DNA from: an uncultured Candidatus Saccharibacteria bacterium | Lineage (GTDB): Bacteria > Patescibacteriota > Minisyncoccia > Phycocordibacterales > WO2-35-19 | DNA: 64,000 nucleotides | Reading direction: 5' to 3' | NCBI GenBank assembly: GCA_964630525.1 | Contig: CAZVUY010000003.1 | Span: 48,699-112,698 of the forward strand | Part shown: piece by piece, positions 18,166 through 27,933 of the stretch | How the letters are laid out: each line of letters starts with the position of its first letter | Position numbering within the stretch: the first letter of the stretch is position 1 | Made by a program: the position numbers and the translations under genes | Notes under the pieces: model-generated | What the model was told of the DNA's origin: nothing | The model's database searches: none | The model's input: the letters and a program-made list of their open reading frames with translations, nothing else

Positions 18166-20030
18166 AATAAAGTGGAAGTTCTGGTAATTCTTTGGAGATA
18201 GGCGTAATTTTTGTCGAATAAGACCGTGTGCTTCAATAGGTTTTTTACTTCTCCCAATGAAGGTGAACCGATATCAAAAGTAGACTCAAGTATAGCTTCA
18301 TAAAGTTCCTTTATACTCTTTTTACCATCTCGCAAAAGATCCACAGCCACATTTGCAACATATTCCTCAATCTTTTTCGCGTTCTCTATTTCTCCAAGAA
18401 ACTCATCTCTAAGTTGGTAATAATCCTTATCACTTGTCGCAATCGGAATAATTACTTCATTTATTTTTCCGAGAGTGAGTGTATTCATACCCTCATTTAG
18501 GATGCATAGGATGATCATCCTATGCACAAGGTTTTTTGGAGCGGTCCCTCCGCGACTCAGTAAAACCTTTTTAGCTATTTCGGTTAGGTGAAAAAGATCC
18601 TGCTTCTTTTTTGGGGGATGCACTTTCTTTTCAAATACACAGTAGTAGTCTCCCACATAGCTTGTGTTTGAAGCCGTCTGTGATTTTGATGATACCACTG
18701 CAGGAATTTGATATTTTGCCTCAGTACAAACGAAAGATTTTTCTGAGAAAGACTCAAGAACGATCTTCCATGCACGGGGATCTAGATTATTGAAAGTCAT
18801 AATAATTTTTCCTCCTTTTTTCAGCTTGCGCTGAAATAGATCCACGATAATTGCTATATCTGCTCCGTACTTATCCCAGGAGCTTACGTATTCTTTTCTG
18901 TCAGAAACGATAATTTCGTCATCGTAGGAAACTCTTTTCTTGAGGAAGCCGTTCCAAATGGCAGAGAATTCTACATACGGAACATTATCTCCGTAAGGTG
19001 GATCAAAGAAAATACCATCGATGCTTTCATCCTCAAATTCCTCTAGCCCATTCTGAGCAGGTTTTAAATCAATTTTGGATGTCGCACCTGTATTTTTGTA
19101 ACTACTTGCGAGAGCCTCAAGTCCTTTAACAAATTTTTTGTATCTAGCCTGTAGGTGAATCACTGGATTTGTTTCAAGGTGTAATGGAGCAATCCAAAAA
19201 CCTGGGATAGTCCATGCAGGCCCGCCTGTACTCAGGTTATTTCTGTAAGGTATAAGTCGTGACGATTGCGCAACGGAAGATGTTAAAAGTAAGAGTGCAG
19301 CATTTCTAATAGAATCTTTTTTTATCTTATGGGCTTTATCGAAGAGTTGGGAAAGTACATAAAATGCTCTAGGGGTGAACAGGTCAGAAAGTTGCATTCC
19401 CGGAAAAGCCAGAATTCTACGATTAATCAATAAATTTTCACTGTCTATCCTGGGAATTTTCTGAATAATAGATTCCTGTTTTTCAATAGCCTTTTTATCT
19501 ATATAAACTTCATTATCACGAGTGATAATTTTTACGATCCTAGTGCCTGTAAACTTTTCAAAATTAAAATACAGTCTTTCGTCACATTTCGCGCAGTGGT
19601 ATTTAGACCCTTTTTTTATTGCATTATCAATTGATCCAATGGTGTTGCAAGAAGGACACTCTGATTCCATGCGATGCACTAAGTACCGGACGTCCTTTCC
19701 ATCGAGGGTATAGAGTTCCTTAAAAGAATCCGCAAACGAAATCAGGTTCTCAATTTCGTGATTAAATTCCTCCACAGTAGGGGGATTAACTGTGACTTCA
19801 GAAAGTAGTTGAGCTAACGGATTTATGTCGAAACCCCTAGAATTAATCCCCAGCTTTTTTGCCTCAGCCAAGAAAACTCCACTTCCACAAAAAGGATCTA
19901 CTACTAAATCACCAGGCTTAAAATGTGACCTTATATATCCATGTAGAATATTTGAAGGCTTTCGTGCCCAGTACTTATGAATTAGGTATTCATTGGGATG
20001 GGTCTCAGCCATCAGTGCTCTTGAGCTCAT
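18162..20030 (-). CDS. DNA methyltransferase (N6-adenine/N4-cytosine type)
   Basis: Motif I VVDPFCGSG and motif IV IFFDPPYG with a long intervening region. Confidence 0.75.
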   Translation of the reverse strand: MSSRALMAETHPNEYLIHKYWARKPSNILHGYIRSHFKPGDLVVDPFCGSGVFLAEAKKLGINSRGFDINPLAQLLSEVTVNPPTVEEFNHEIENLISFADSFKELYTLDGKDVRYLVHRMESECPSCNTIGSIDNAIKKGSKYHCAKCDERLYFNFEKFTGTRIVKIITRDNEVYIDKKAIEKQESIIQKIPRIDSENLLINRRILAFPGMQLSDLFTPRAFYVLSQLFDKAHKIKKDSIRNAALLLLTSSVAQSSRLIPYRNNLSTGGPAWTIPGFWIAPLHLETNPVIHLQARYKKFVKGLEALASSYKNTGATSKIDLKPAQNGLEEFEDESIDGIFFDPPYGDNVPYVEFSAIWNGFLKKRVSYDDEIIVSDRKEYVSSWDKYGADIAIIVDLFQRKLKKGGKIIMTFNNLDPRAWKIVLESFSEKSFVCTEAKYQIPAVVSSKSQTASNTSYVGDYYCVFEKKVHPPKKKQDLFHLTEIAKKVLLSRGGTAPKNLVHRMIILCILNEGMNTLTLGKINEVIIPIATSDKDYYQLRDEFLGEIENAKKIEEYVANVAVDLLRDGKKSIKELYEAILESTFDIGSPSLGEVKNLLKHTVLFDKNYAYLQRITRTSTLF

Positions 20031-21271
20031 GTTTTCTTAAGAATTACCATTAGGTCACAAAGGTTAATTCCAACGTCTCCACCTTTTCTTCGTTGGCTTG
20101 CAGCCCATGAAGCCTCAGTGAACTTAGGTATTCTGAGAGCTACTTTTTCCACATTATATACATCTTTCAATCTGTGGATTAGATTATGTGTGACAGGTAT
20201 ATATTGACCTTTGATAACAGTGTCGCCAATCATTAAGACAACTCTACCATCAGACTCTAAGTAGCCGTTTAGGTTTCGAAGCCCGTTCTCCATATCATTA
20301 AGATATTCCTCAACTTTTTCTGGCTTTCCAACTTTAAATGCTTCTCTAATTTCACCTTTTCGAATAGATGCATGATCTATATCAAGCCAGGCCAGTTCAA
20401 GTGAATTAACTCCACTGTATTTATATGAATTAAAGTAAGGTGGATGACAGATAATTAATTTAGCAACCTGGTCCTTGCTATTTGGCGTATCAAATATAGA
20501 TCGAACTTCAATATTAATAACCGACTTCCTGGTTTTGGGTAGTTCAGGGGCTGACTCCGCAATTTCTAATGCTTTTTTAAGAAAGAAAGGGAAGGCATCC
20601 TTTTCAGCCGTCTCCACATCTAGAAAAAGTCTCCCTTGTTGTGTTGTCGCCCGCGAAACCCTACGGACGATACCCAAGAAAGCAACCATTAAAGCGTCTT
20701 TAATTTCAGAAGAGTAACTCAGATTCTTAACCCCTGTTCGAATCTTTTCAAGAGAAATAATTGTTTCTGGTAGAAACCAATGATCGGGGTTTCTTAGTCC
20801 CGTTAAAACAGGTTTTTTTATCCTTTTTGAATTTGTATAAAAATCTCTTACTTCATTGAGAGCTTGGAGATAGTCTTCCTTGTCAATCTTTGTAGTTTTA
20901 ACTCGTGATATCAGTACAGACAGAGGGTTGATATCGAAGCAAGAAGCCTGTCTCTTTAATAAGAGGGCTTCTAGTGCTGTGGTTCCACTACCACACATGG
21001 GATCAATAACCAAATCATTTTCCTTCGTGTATTCTTTAATTGCATGTCTTGCAATAGGAGGGGGGAATTTACCAAAATATCTGAAAATGCCATGAGATAA
21101 ATAAGACAGTGTTTTGTTTGAGGCACTAGAAGTCCAAACCTCGATATCTTTTGAAAGTTCCTTGATTCTGCTCCTATTTATTAAATCAGCATACTTTTCC
21201 TGAATTTCGTGGCTTGAAAAATCAACAATTTCAAGTTCTGGGATATTATCTTTTACGTTATAGATAGACAT
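20027..21271 (-). CDS. DNA methyltransferase (N6/N4 type), second copy
   Basis: VIDPMCGSGTT motif I and ICHPPYF motif IV. Its stop overlaps the start of the other methyltransferase gene. Confidence 0.7.
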   Translation of the reverse strand: MSIYNVKDNIPELEIVDFSSHEIQEKYADLINRSRIKELSKDIEVWTSSASNKTLSYLSHGIFRYFGKFPPPIARHAIKEYTKENDLVIDPMCGSGTTALEALLLKRQASCFDINPLSVLISRVKTTKIDKEDYLQALNEVRDFYTNSKRIKKPVLTGLRNPDHWFLPETIISLEKIRTGVKNLSYSSEIKDALMVAFLGIVRRVSRATTQQGRLFLDVETAEKDAFPFFLKKALEIAESAPELPKTRKSVINIEVRSIFDTPNSKDQVAKLIICHPPYFNSYKYSGVNSLELAWLDIDHASIRKGEIREAFKVGKPEKVEEYLNDMENGLRNLNGYLESDGRVVLMIGDTVIKGQYIPVTHNLIHRLKDVYNVEKVALRIPKFTEASWAASQRRKGGDVGINLCDLMVILKKT

Positions 21272-21321
21272 CAGCAATGTATATAGAATATGTTTGCAAT
21301 GTAATTATATCAGTAAAGTCT

Positions 21322-22638
21322 TTAATTTAACGATACCCGCTTGTTGATAAGTGTAATTTTCCCCCTTAAACAGCCGAGCAATTCTCTTTTTTCAAAATCT
21401 TTCCCTTCTCTAAGAATATATTTAGCATAATTACGAATATCTATTTCAGGTATATCAGGCCTTTCCCTGTTACCTAGTAGTACCCTTTGAAATTTTTTAT
21501 ACCTCTCCACTTCTTCTTTTATCTTCTTATTTATGCCGAGTTCGTCTATCTCGATCTGATCAATTAATTTCTCAAACTGAGTGATTAGATCATTCTCGTT
21601 GATATAGTTACCCTTACAATCCACCCCTTTACTCCTTGAACATCCGTAGTAGACATGTCTGTTCACGCTTCCACTCTTTAGCTTCTTAAATTTCTCCTCT
21701 GCTGTTATTCCGGAGCTGCATAGCCCACAAACCATCAACTTGGTAAAAGCAAACTCCTTATTTGAACCTCTAACGTAATCTATTCGCATATTTTCTTGCA
21801 CCATATCAAACAATTCTTTCGTTATGATAGGTTCGTGCTTGCCCTTATACCAATTACCGCTTTTTGTTGGAAACTCAAATGTGCCGTAATAGAAGTGATT
21901 GCATAATATCCGATGAACATTTCCTATGCTTAGGTTTTTATTTCCATTGGCTGTCCTAAAATTAAGATCAAATTTAAGCCAATTATAAATTTTCCTTGTT
22001 GACCACTTTTCGTAGGCTGCTTTTTCAAACATTTTCTTAATAATTGGCGCTCTCTCTGGATCTATCATCACATATCCCTTTCTATCGATTCTCTTTTCCG
22101 TAAGGTAGCCAGTCGGTGCAACAGATGGCCACAATCCCATTTCTACTCTAGCTCTCAACCCTCGTTTTACGTTTATGCTTTTATTATCGTTTTCAAGTTT
22201 TGCCTGAGAACATAGAATCATTAGTAGAAATTTTTCGCTCGGAGTGTTCGTAAAGGTTTGGCCGTAGGTTCTAATTTGTGTCAGTTTTTTCTCATCCATT
22301 AAATCAACAATTGATCCCAGATCTCCGGCGTTTCTAGACAATCTATCTGGATGCCAAACTAGTATTCCGTTGAATCTATCTCTCCTTAGATCCTCAAGAA
22401 TCTCTTTAAATACTGGCCGTTGCCCTGAATCCTTGGCAGAATGGGCTTCTCGTCGTATGTCTACAATCTCAAGGCTTTCTCGCTCAGCTATAGCGAGCAT
22501 TTCTTTAACCTGAGACTCAATTGATAAGGCCTGCTTTTCATCTTGTTCTGTTGATTTACGAGCATATAAGCAATACCTAACTTTTATTACTGGTATTGGT
22601 AATGGATTGCCGATTAGGGCAGTTGCTTGCGTTTCCAT
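21322..22638 (-). CDS. Large serine recombinase (integrase/transposase type)
   Basis: N-terminal YARKSTEQDEKQALSIESQ serine catalytic domain, a recombinase domain and a C-terminal Cys-rich zinc ribbon. ATG at 22638. Confidence 0.8.
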   Translation of the reverse strand: METQATALIGNPLPIPVIKVRYCLYARKSTEQDEKQALSIESQVKEMLAIAERESLEIVDIRREAHSAKDSGQRPVFKEILEDLRRDRFNGILVWHPDRLSRNAGDLGSIVDLMDEKKLTQIRTYGQTFTNTPSEKFLLMILCSQAKLENDNKSINVKRGLRARVEMGLWPSVAPTGYLTEKRIDRKGYVMIDPERAPIIKKMFEKAAYEKWSTRKIYNWLKFDLNFRTANGNKNLSIGNVHRILCNHFYYGTFEFPTKSGNWYKGKHEPIITKELFDMVQENMRIDYVRGSNKEFAFTKLMVCGLCSSGITAEEKFKKLKSGSVNRHVYYGCSRSKGVDCKGNYINENDLITQFEKLIDQIEIDELGINKKIKEEVERYKKFQRVLLGNRERPDIPEIDIRNYAKYILREGKDFEKRELLGCLRGKITLINKRVSLN

Positions 22639-22968
22639 GTATATATTGATGACAGACCCCAAAACCCTGCATAGCTATGCAGAACTAAGAAAACGTCGCA
22701 TACTCGCGTTTAGGGCTTAGCAAAAGCTCTGTAGTGCGATAGATTCAAATGGATAGCCGTAAGTGCTATCATGTAAATACAACTGAATATTGGCCCGTAA
22801 AGGGCAGGACCTAAACCCGAAAGGGCATGGTCCCAAATTCGCAAGCAACATAGAGAACCCGTCATTAGGGCGTTGCTTGCGTTACTAGGGGAAACCCTAG
22901 TAGAGGAGTCCGCGAGGCCCTTCCTAGTGGCGGGCTTTCTGTTTCTATTAAAAACGCAAGCAACAAAC

Positions 22969-23847
22969 ATGATTAAGAAAATATTACTGGGGCTAATTGG
23001 AGGCTTTGTCCTACTCGTATGGATCGGATCAATGCTTCCAGATGTCCCAAGGGAGGAAGTAAGCCAAGATAAAGTTTCTGTCTCATCTGATGTTCAAGAA
23101 GCAACTGCTCCTCAAATATCAATACAAGAAACTAGTTCAGTTACGAATCAATCTCCTACTACTGAAACCGCAACCAAGTCAGTCCAAACGACTCAATCAA
23201 GTCCCACTACAGCCCCGCAATACACATATTATTCAGTAACTGATGTGGTAGACGGAGATACGGTCAAAGTGAATATAAATGGAACTGTAACAACTCTTCG
23301 ATTGATTGGAATGGATACGCCAGAGACTGTTGATCCCAGAAAACCAGTTCAATGCTTTGGTAAAGAAGCATCTAACAAAGCAAAAGAATTACTTTCAGGA
23401 AAGAAAGTAAGACTTGAGATGGATCCAAGCCAAGGAACTCTCGATACTTATGGCAGAACTCTTGCTTATATCTACCGAGAAGACGGTTTGTTCTTTAACA
23501 AATACATGATTGAGCAGGGGTATGCCCACGAGTATACCTACCGAACTCCATACAAATACCAGGCTGAATTTAAAACTGCTCAAAAGACAGCTCAAACCAA
23601 TCAGGCGGGACTGTGGTCTCCAAGTACCTGTAACGGAGATACGACCTCCTCTTCCGAAACTGTCCCAGCCACTACTTCATCAGGTGGAAAGTTCTACACC
23701 TCATCACACTACAGTGCGAAATATTACTATCCAGAGGCATGTAATGGTTGGGAAAGTCTAAGTCCAACTTATCTCAAATCATTCGATACCCTAGAAGCTT
23801 TATTGGCTTCTTATCCTTCGAGAACTAAGAGCCCACAGTGTCAGTAG
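22969..23847 (+). CDS. Membrane-anchored thermonuclease (SNase family)
   Basis: N-terminal TM helix, a Ser/Thr-rich linker, then an SNase core LIGMDTPETV...GRTLAYIY. Confidence 0.75.
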   Translation: MIKKILLGLIGGFVLLVWIGSMLPDVPREEVSQDKVSVSSDVQEATAPQISIQETSSVTNQSPTTETATKSVQTTQSSPTTAPQYTYYSVTDVVDGDTVKVNINGTVTTLRLIGMDTPETVDPRKPVQCFGKEASNKAKELLSGKKVRLEMDPSQGTLDTYGRTLAYIYREDGLFFNKYMIEQGYAHEYTYRTPYKYQAEFKTAQKTAQTNQAGLWSPSTCNGDTTSSSETVPATTSSGGKFYTSSHYSAKYYYPEACNGWESLSPTYLKSFDTLEALLASYPSRTKSPQCQ

Positions 23848-24247
23848 TCTGGTTACTTTCTGTCTTGCCCCTGCTTGAGGTCGGCTCATTTTTACCATGT
23901 CTAATGATCACCTCAAAACCTTCCGATCTTTTTACTCCCATTAATTCAGCAATCAACCCTTTCGGTCTTGGTCGTACGTAGTTTTTATGATGATTATCAA
24001 GCCAATACTTCACAGCCCACTTTTCACCCCTTTGCATAGCCAAAAATAATTTACTATGTGCCAAATCATTTCCTGTTTCTTCTCCTAACTGCATGGCCTT
24101 ATCCATTTCTTTTCTGAACGCAGGATCTTTTTCTCGCCATTGGTAAACTGTGTTTCTTGCGATTCCAAGATTCTTGCAGACAACCGAGACATTCGGAAGT
24201 AGGCATAATTCCTCCAGAAGCTTTTTAGATTTTCGGTACTTCTTCAT
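23825..24247 (-). CDS. HTH protein, phage terminase small-subunit-like
   Basis: N-terminal HTH LLEELCLLPNVSVVCKNLGIARNTVYQW. Sits next to a ParB-MTase gene, as in phage packaging regions. Confidence 0.4.
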   Translation of the reverse strand: MKKYRKSKKLLEELCLLPNVSVVCKNLGIARNTVYQWREKDPAFRKEMDKAMQLGEETGNDLAHSKLFLAMQRGEKWAVKYWLDNHHKNYVRPRPKGLIAELMGVKRSEGFEVIIRHGKNEPTSSRGKTESNQTTDTVGS

Positions 24248-25508
24248 CTCTTAATACTTCAGCAGTTAACCCGGTGAGTTTTTCCCAACGCTTAACAATG
24301 AGATCGCAAAATATTGGCTCGAGCTCAATCCCATAGACTCTACGCTTTAATTGTTCTCCTGCGATTAGGGTACTACCAGAACCTAGGAAGCTATCCAAAA
24401 TCACGTCTCCAGGCCTTGTGCAGCGTAGGATGGCCTTCTCATGGAGCTTCGGTGGCTTTGAGGTAGCATGTTCGTAATCTTTGCCTGCCAATCTCTTAAC
24501 AGCCCAGATATCTCCAATCTGATCTAACATCTCGTTTCCTGTACTAATTTCTTTATTTAAAACCTCGTTAAGATCTTGCTTATCAGTTGAGAGATACGGA
24601 GAGCCTTTAGTGCCATAGGTACAAGGTTCGTAACACTTGTTGAATGCAACTGTAGGAGTGGGGTTGTGGCCATTCTTTACCCACAAGCACACTCGCTTAT
24701 TGTTAATTCCAAGTTCGGCGTAAAGAGTCTGCATGAGCCAAATGTATCGCTGATCCGACCAGTAAAAAATGTGGAAATCTTTCTTGGCTACGGAAAGAGC
24801 GTTTACCATAGAACTTCTAATTAGATTTCTGTACGCCTCTTCAGTGCGATTGTCCTCGACTTTACCACCGTAACCTCTTTTACCGCCGATACCTTTGTCA
24901 TAACTTACGTTCAGGTTATAGATAGGGTCCGAATAGATCATGGACGTCTTCTCATCCTCGAATAGTTTATGGACCACTTTTGGGTCAGTAGAGTCGCCAC
25001 AAATAATCTTGTGCTTACCCAGAGTGATAACATCTCCGAGTTTAGTCTTAGGTTCCCTAATCTTCTTGACCTCTTTTTCTACATCGAAGTCGTCGTCTTC
25101 AACTTCTGCATCCTTAGCCCAGATGTTATCTAACTCAATTTGGTCAAAACCGATATCCACCAGTAGATCCACATCAAAGTCCTTGAGTTTCTCGAAATCC
25201 CAGTCTCCAATCACGGCGTTACTCGTGAGCATATATCTTTTGTATTCATCTTCCGTTAGTTTACGATTTGGTACTCTCACTTCAATTTCTTCCTTACCTC
25301 TGCCAAGAATTTGGAGGGCTCTGATTCTTTGATGTCCGGCGCAGATCTTGCCATCTAGGTCTATTGCTGGAATTTCTACTAGATTAAACTTCTTTAAACT
25401 TTTCTTAAGATCTTCCATTGTCTTGTCCGACATAACCCTTGGGTTCTTAGGGGAGGGTAAGAGGGCGTCGACTGTACGTTTTTCCGTATGCCATATAAGT
25501 TTTTTCAT
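24225..25508 (-). CDS. ParB-like nuclease domain / DNA methyltransferase fusion
   Basis: ParB motif LVEIPAIDLDGKICAGHQRIRAL. Methyltransferase motifs SDPIYN and ILDSFLGSGST. ATG at 25508. Confidence 0.75.
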   Translation of the reverse strand: MKKLIWHTEKRTVDALLPSPKNPRVMSDKTMEDLKKSLKKFNLVEIPAIDLDGKICAGHQRIRALQILGRGKEEIEVRVPNRKLTEDEYKRYMLTSNAVIGDWDFEKLKDFDVDLLVDIGFDQIELDNIWAKDAEVEDDDFDVEKEVKKIREPKTKLGDVITLGKHKIICGDSTDPKVVHKLFEDEKTSMIYSDPIYNLNVSYDKGIGGKRGYGGKVEDNRTEEAYRNLIRSSMVNALSVAKKDFHIFYWSDQRYIWLMQTLYAELGINNKRVCLWVKNGHNPTPTVAFNKCYEPCTYGTKGSPYLSTDKQDLNEVLNKEISTGNEMLDQIGDIWAVKRLAGKDYEHATSKPPKLHEKAILRCTRPGDVILDSFLGSGSTLIAGEQLKRRVYGIELEPIFCDLIVKRWEKLTGLTAEVLRDEEVPKI

Positions 25509-25658
25509 ATTGTTGGTGATTAGCTTTGTAACCACTTCTAGACCTTACGCAAAACGGGCCCACAACGCCGATCCCGTAGGATCTGCTTTGTGGGCCCGTA
25601 GGCTCCGAATCTATGTAAGTGTGCTTAAAGTTTATATCCACCCGTAAAGGGTGTCAAG

Positions 25659-26345
25659 ATGCTTTACAAAATCTGTGGATTGGGCGATAATGAAAGTATG
25701 CATCAAACACAGCAGAAATTACTTGACCTGATTGGTCGCCAAGACCTGGGGAAAATGAGCCTAAGGCAGATTGCTAAGCTCGTGGGGGTTGAAAATAAGC
25801 CTCAGATCGTGAAGCATCATCTTCTTCAGCTTGAGAAGGCGGGGCTTATTCAGCTTAACCTCGAAAGTGGCATAATCCGTCTCACTAGCCGAGGGTTTAA
25901 CCCATCTCCTGTTAAGAGCATTTTCTACTCTATTCCCATTGTGGGTGCCGCTAACTGTGGCCCAGCAAATATTTTTGCAGAAGAAAGAGTTGAGGGGTAT
26001 CTAAAGGTATCTTCAAAAATGCTTCCCCGCAGGAGAAATGATCTCTATGTGCTTATAGCTGACGGACCATCCATGAACCGGGCGGAAGTGGTTGATGGCA
26101 AAACCATCGATAGTGGCGACTTCGTTATTGTTGACCGTTCATATAATACCCCTAAGGATGGTGACATCGTCGTGGCTGTTATTGACGGCATGGCGACAAT
26201 CAAAAGATATCGGGAAGATAAGGATCACGATCAAATTATTCTCGAGGCGGAATCTACTGAGAAATTTCTTCCAGTCTTTATCCACGAGGGAGACGATTTC
26301 GTGATTAGCGGTAAGGTTATCAATGTTATTAAGAATCCAAAATAA
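25659..26345 (+). CDS. S24-peptidase repressor (CI/LexA-like)
   Basis: N-terminal wHTH and C-terminal S24 domain (ADGPSMN ... GDIVVA ... TIKR). Divergent from the ParB-MTase gene. Confidence 0.7.
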   Translation: MLYKICGLGDNESMHQTQQKLLDLIGRQDLGKMSLRQIAKLVGVENKPQIVKHHLLQLEKAGLIQLNLESGIIRLTSRGFNPSPVKSIFYSIPIVGAANCGPANIFAEERVEGYLKVSSKMLPRRRNDLYVLIADGPSMNRAEVVDGKTIDSGDFVIVDRSYNTPKDGDIVVAVIDGMATIKRYREDKDHDQIILEAESTEKFLPVFIHEGDDFVISGKVINVIKNPK

Positions 26346-26347
26346 TT

Positions 26348-26587
26348 ATGGTTAAGAAAAATATTCACACGGTCTACAACAGTGACCGCAAGATGTGGGA
26401 GACAAAGAAGGAAGGACAAGCAAAACCACTCGCTTCATCACACACTAAGGATGCGGCAGAGGAGAAGTCTATTCGCGAAGCAAAGAAAGCAGGGGTTGAG
26501 CATGTGATCCACAACAAGGACGGCAAGATCTCTGACAAAGACAGTTACGGCAAGGACTCCAACCCTCCAATCGATAGGAAACACTAA
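26348..26587 (+). CDS. DUF2188-like small protein
   Basis: SHTKDAAEEKSIREAKKAG...VIHNKDGKI...SYGKDSNPP pattern. Confidence 0.5.
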   Translation: MVKKNIHTVYNSDRKMWETKKEGQAKPLASSHTKDAAEEKSIREAKKAGVEHVIHNKDGKISDKDSYGKDSNPPIDRKH

Positions 26588-26599
26588 TTACCAACTCCG

Positions 26600-27520
26600 A
26601 TGATGACTGTCTTTACATGGCTACTAGCTAAATTTGCTGAAACGGCATTTGGCGGTGTAATCATGGAAGGACTTGAGCACTATTTCCCAGATTTATTTAA
26701 GGGAAAGACAAAAGAATTGGTAGATGTTTATGAGAAAAGAATTAGGGAGAAGAATAAGAAAATTAGAGAGCTAGAAAAAGCAAAGACAAAGGAACAGCAA
26801 CGCCATGATGAAGAGGAATCAAGACTTATTGATTCATTGAAAAGAAGGAGCATAGCGACGGATAAATTGATTGAGCAGTACCACAAACCCCTGAATGCAA
26901 TATTAATTTCGTATGCCACACAACGAGAAGATGTGGGTGGGAGAAATAAAGAGTCCCATTTTCTTAAAGAAGAGTTAGAGAAATATAACTCTAAGTACCT
27001 AGGTGGAACAGATGTTCTTATTCCTCCCGCCCATGTTCCTTCAGGTATAAAAAGCCAGGGCGATTTAAAGAAATGGTTTGAGGAAGATATTTTGAAGGGT
27101 CGATATTGCAAGATAAAGTTTATGATCTTGTTTGATATAAAGAAGTCTGCTTTTTGGGGCACATATTTGCCCTACATTCAAAAGAAACCCATGCATCACA
27201 GTGTTGGTGAAGTCCTAAGTGTCGGAGATGTTTTCACAGAGGAGCAAATTAATAAATTGGCTCTAAGTGAGATTATTAAATCTGGCGATATAGCTTGGTT
27301 GGCATCATCAGTTATATCTGAGGCTGAAATAGAGATCATATTAAGAAACCAAAAAAAGATTGAGCAAGAGATTGGCAATCCTTCTTTAAGAGTGGTTGCT
27401 GATGGTGATATTAAAGTAAAATTATCCTCTGCATTATCAAAATTTATACAAAGTGCTGATTCTGTGGCTGACGCAATTATTGATGAGGCCAAGTTTTGGA
27501 ATGAAAAGATTAAGGGTTAA
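26600..27520 (+). CDS. Hypothetical protein (306 aa)
   Basis: ORF. Hydrophobic N-terminus and a charged coiled-coil segment. Confidence 0.4.
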   Translation: MMTVFTWLLAKFAETAFGGVIMEGLEHYFPDLFKGKTKELVDVYEKRIREKNKKIRELEKAKTKEQQRHDEEESRLIDSLKRRSIATDKLIEQYHKPLNAILISYATQREDVGGRNKESHFLKEELEKYNSKYLGGTDVLIPPAHVPSGIKSQGDLKKWFEEDILKGRYCKIKFMILFDIKKSAFWGTYLPYIQKKPMHHSVGEVLSVGDVFTEEQINKLALSEIIKSGDIAWLASSVISEAEIEIILRNQKKIEQEIGNPSLRVVADGDIKVKLSSALSKFIQSADSVADAIIDEAKFWNEKIKG

Positions 27521-27533
27521 AGATTAAAATCTT

Positions 27534-27908
27534 ATGATTAGATGCTCAAATTGCAAATCAATATTGGTTAAGGAGATAGACATGAATTATGCCTCTGTCA
27601 AAAAAGAAGGTGAGCCCGCTGATTCCTCAGAACTTTTACCAGAGTACTTTCAGTGCGAGACTTGTAGTCATGCCTGGTTTGCTGATCCGTCTGCTAAAAA
27701 ACTATATCTTGAATATAAGGAGTTGGTACCAAAAACAGAAATTATATCTCAGATTGCACGACCCCGTGGCACATATACTATCTATCATATTAAGCCAGAA
27801 GAACTTTCTCGGAGATTAGAAATTGCTCGTATACTTACTGAGGCACATCAGCATGATTTAAATATAGATGCTGGGGACTGGTATGAAATATTTCAAGATG
27901 CTAGATAG
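27534..27908 (+). CDS. Zinc-ribbon hypothetical protein
   Basis: CSNC...CETC motifs. Confidence 0.4.
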   Translation: MIRCSNCKSILVKEIDMNYASVKKEGEPADSSELLPEYFQCETCSHAWFADPSAKKLYLEYKELVPKTEIISQIARPRGTYTIYHIKPEELSRRLEIARILTEAHQHDLNIDAGDWYEIFQDAR

Positions 27909-27933
27909 TTAAAGATATTAAATTACAGACGAT

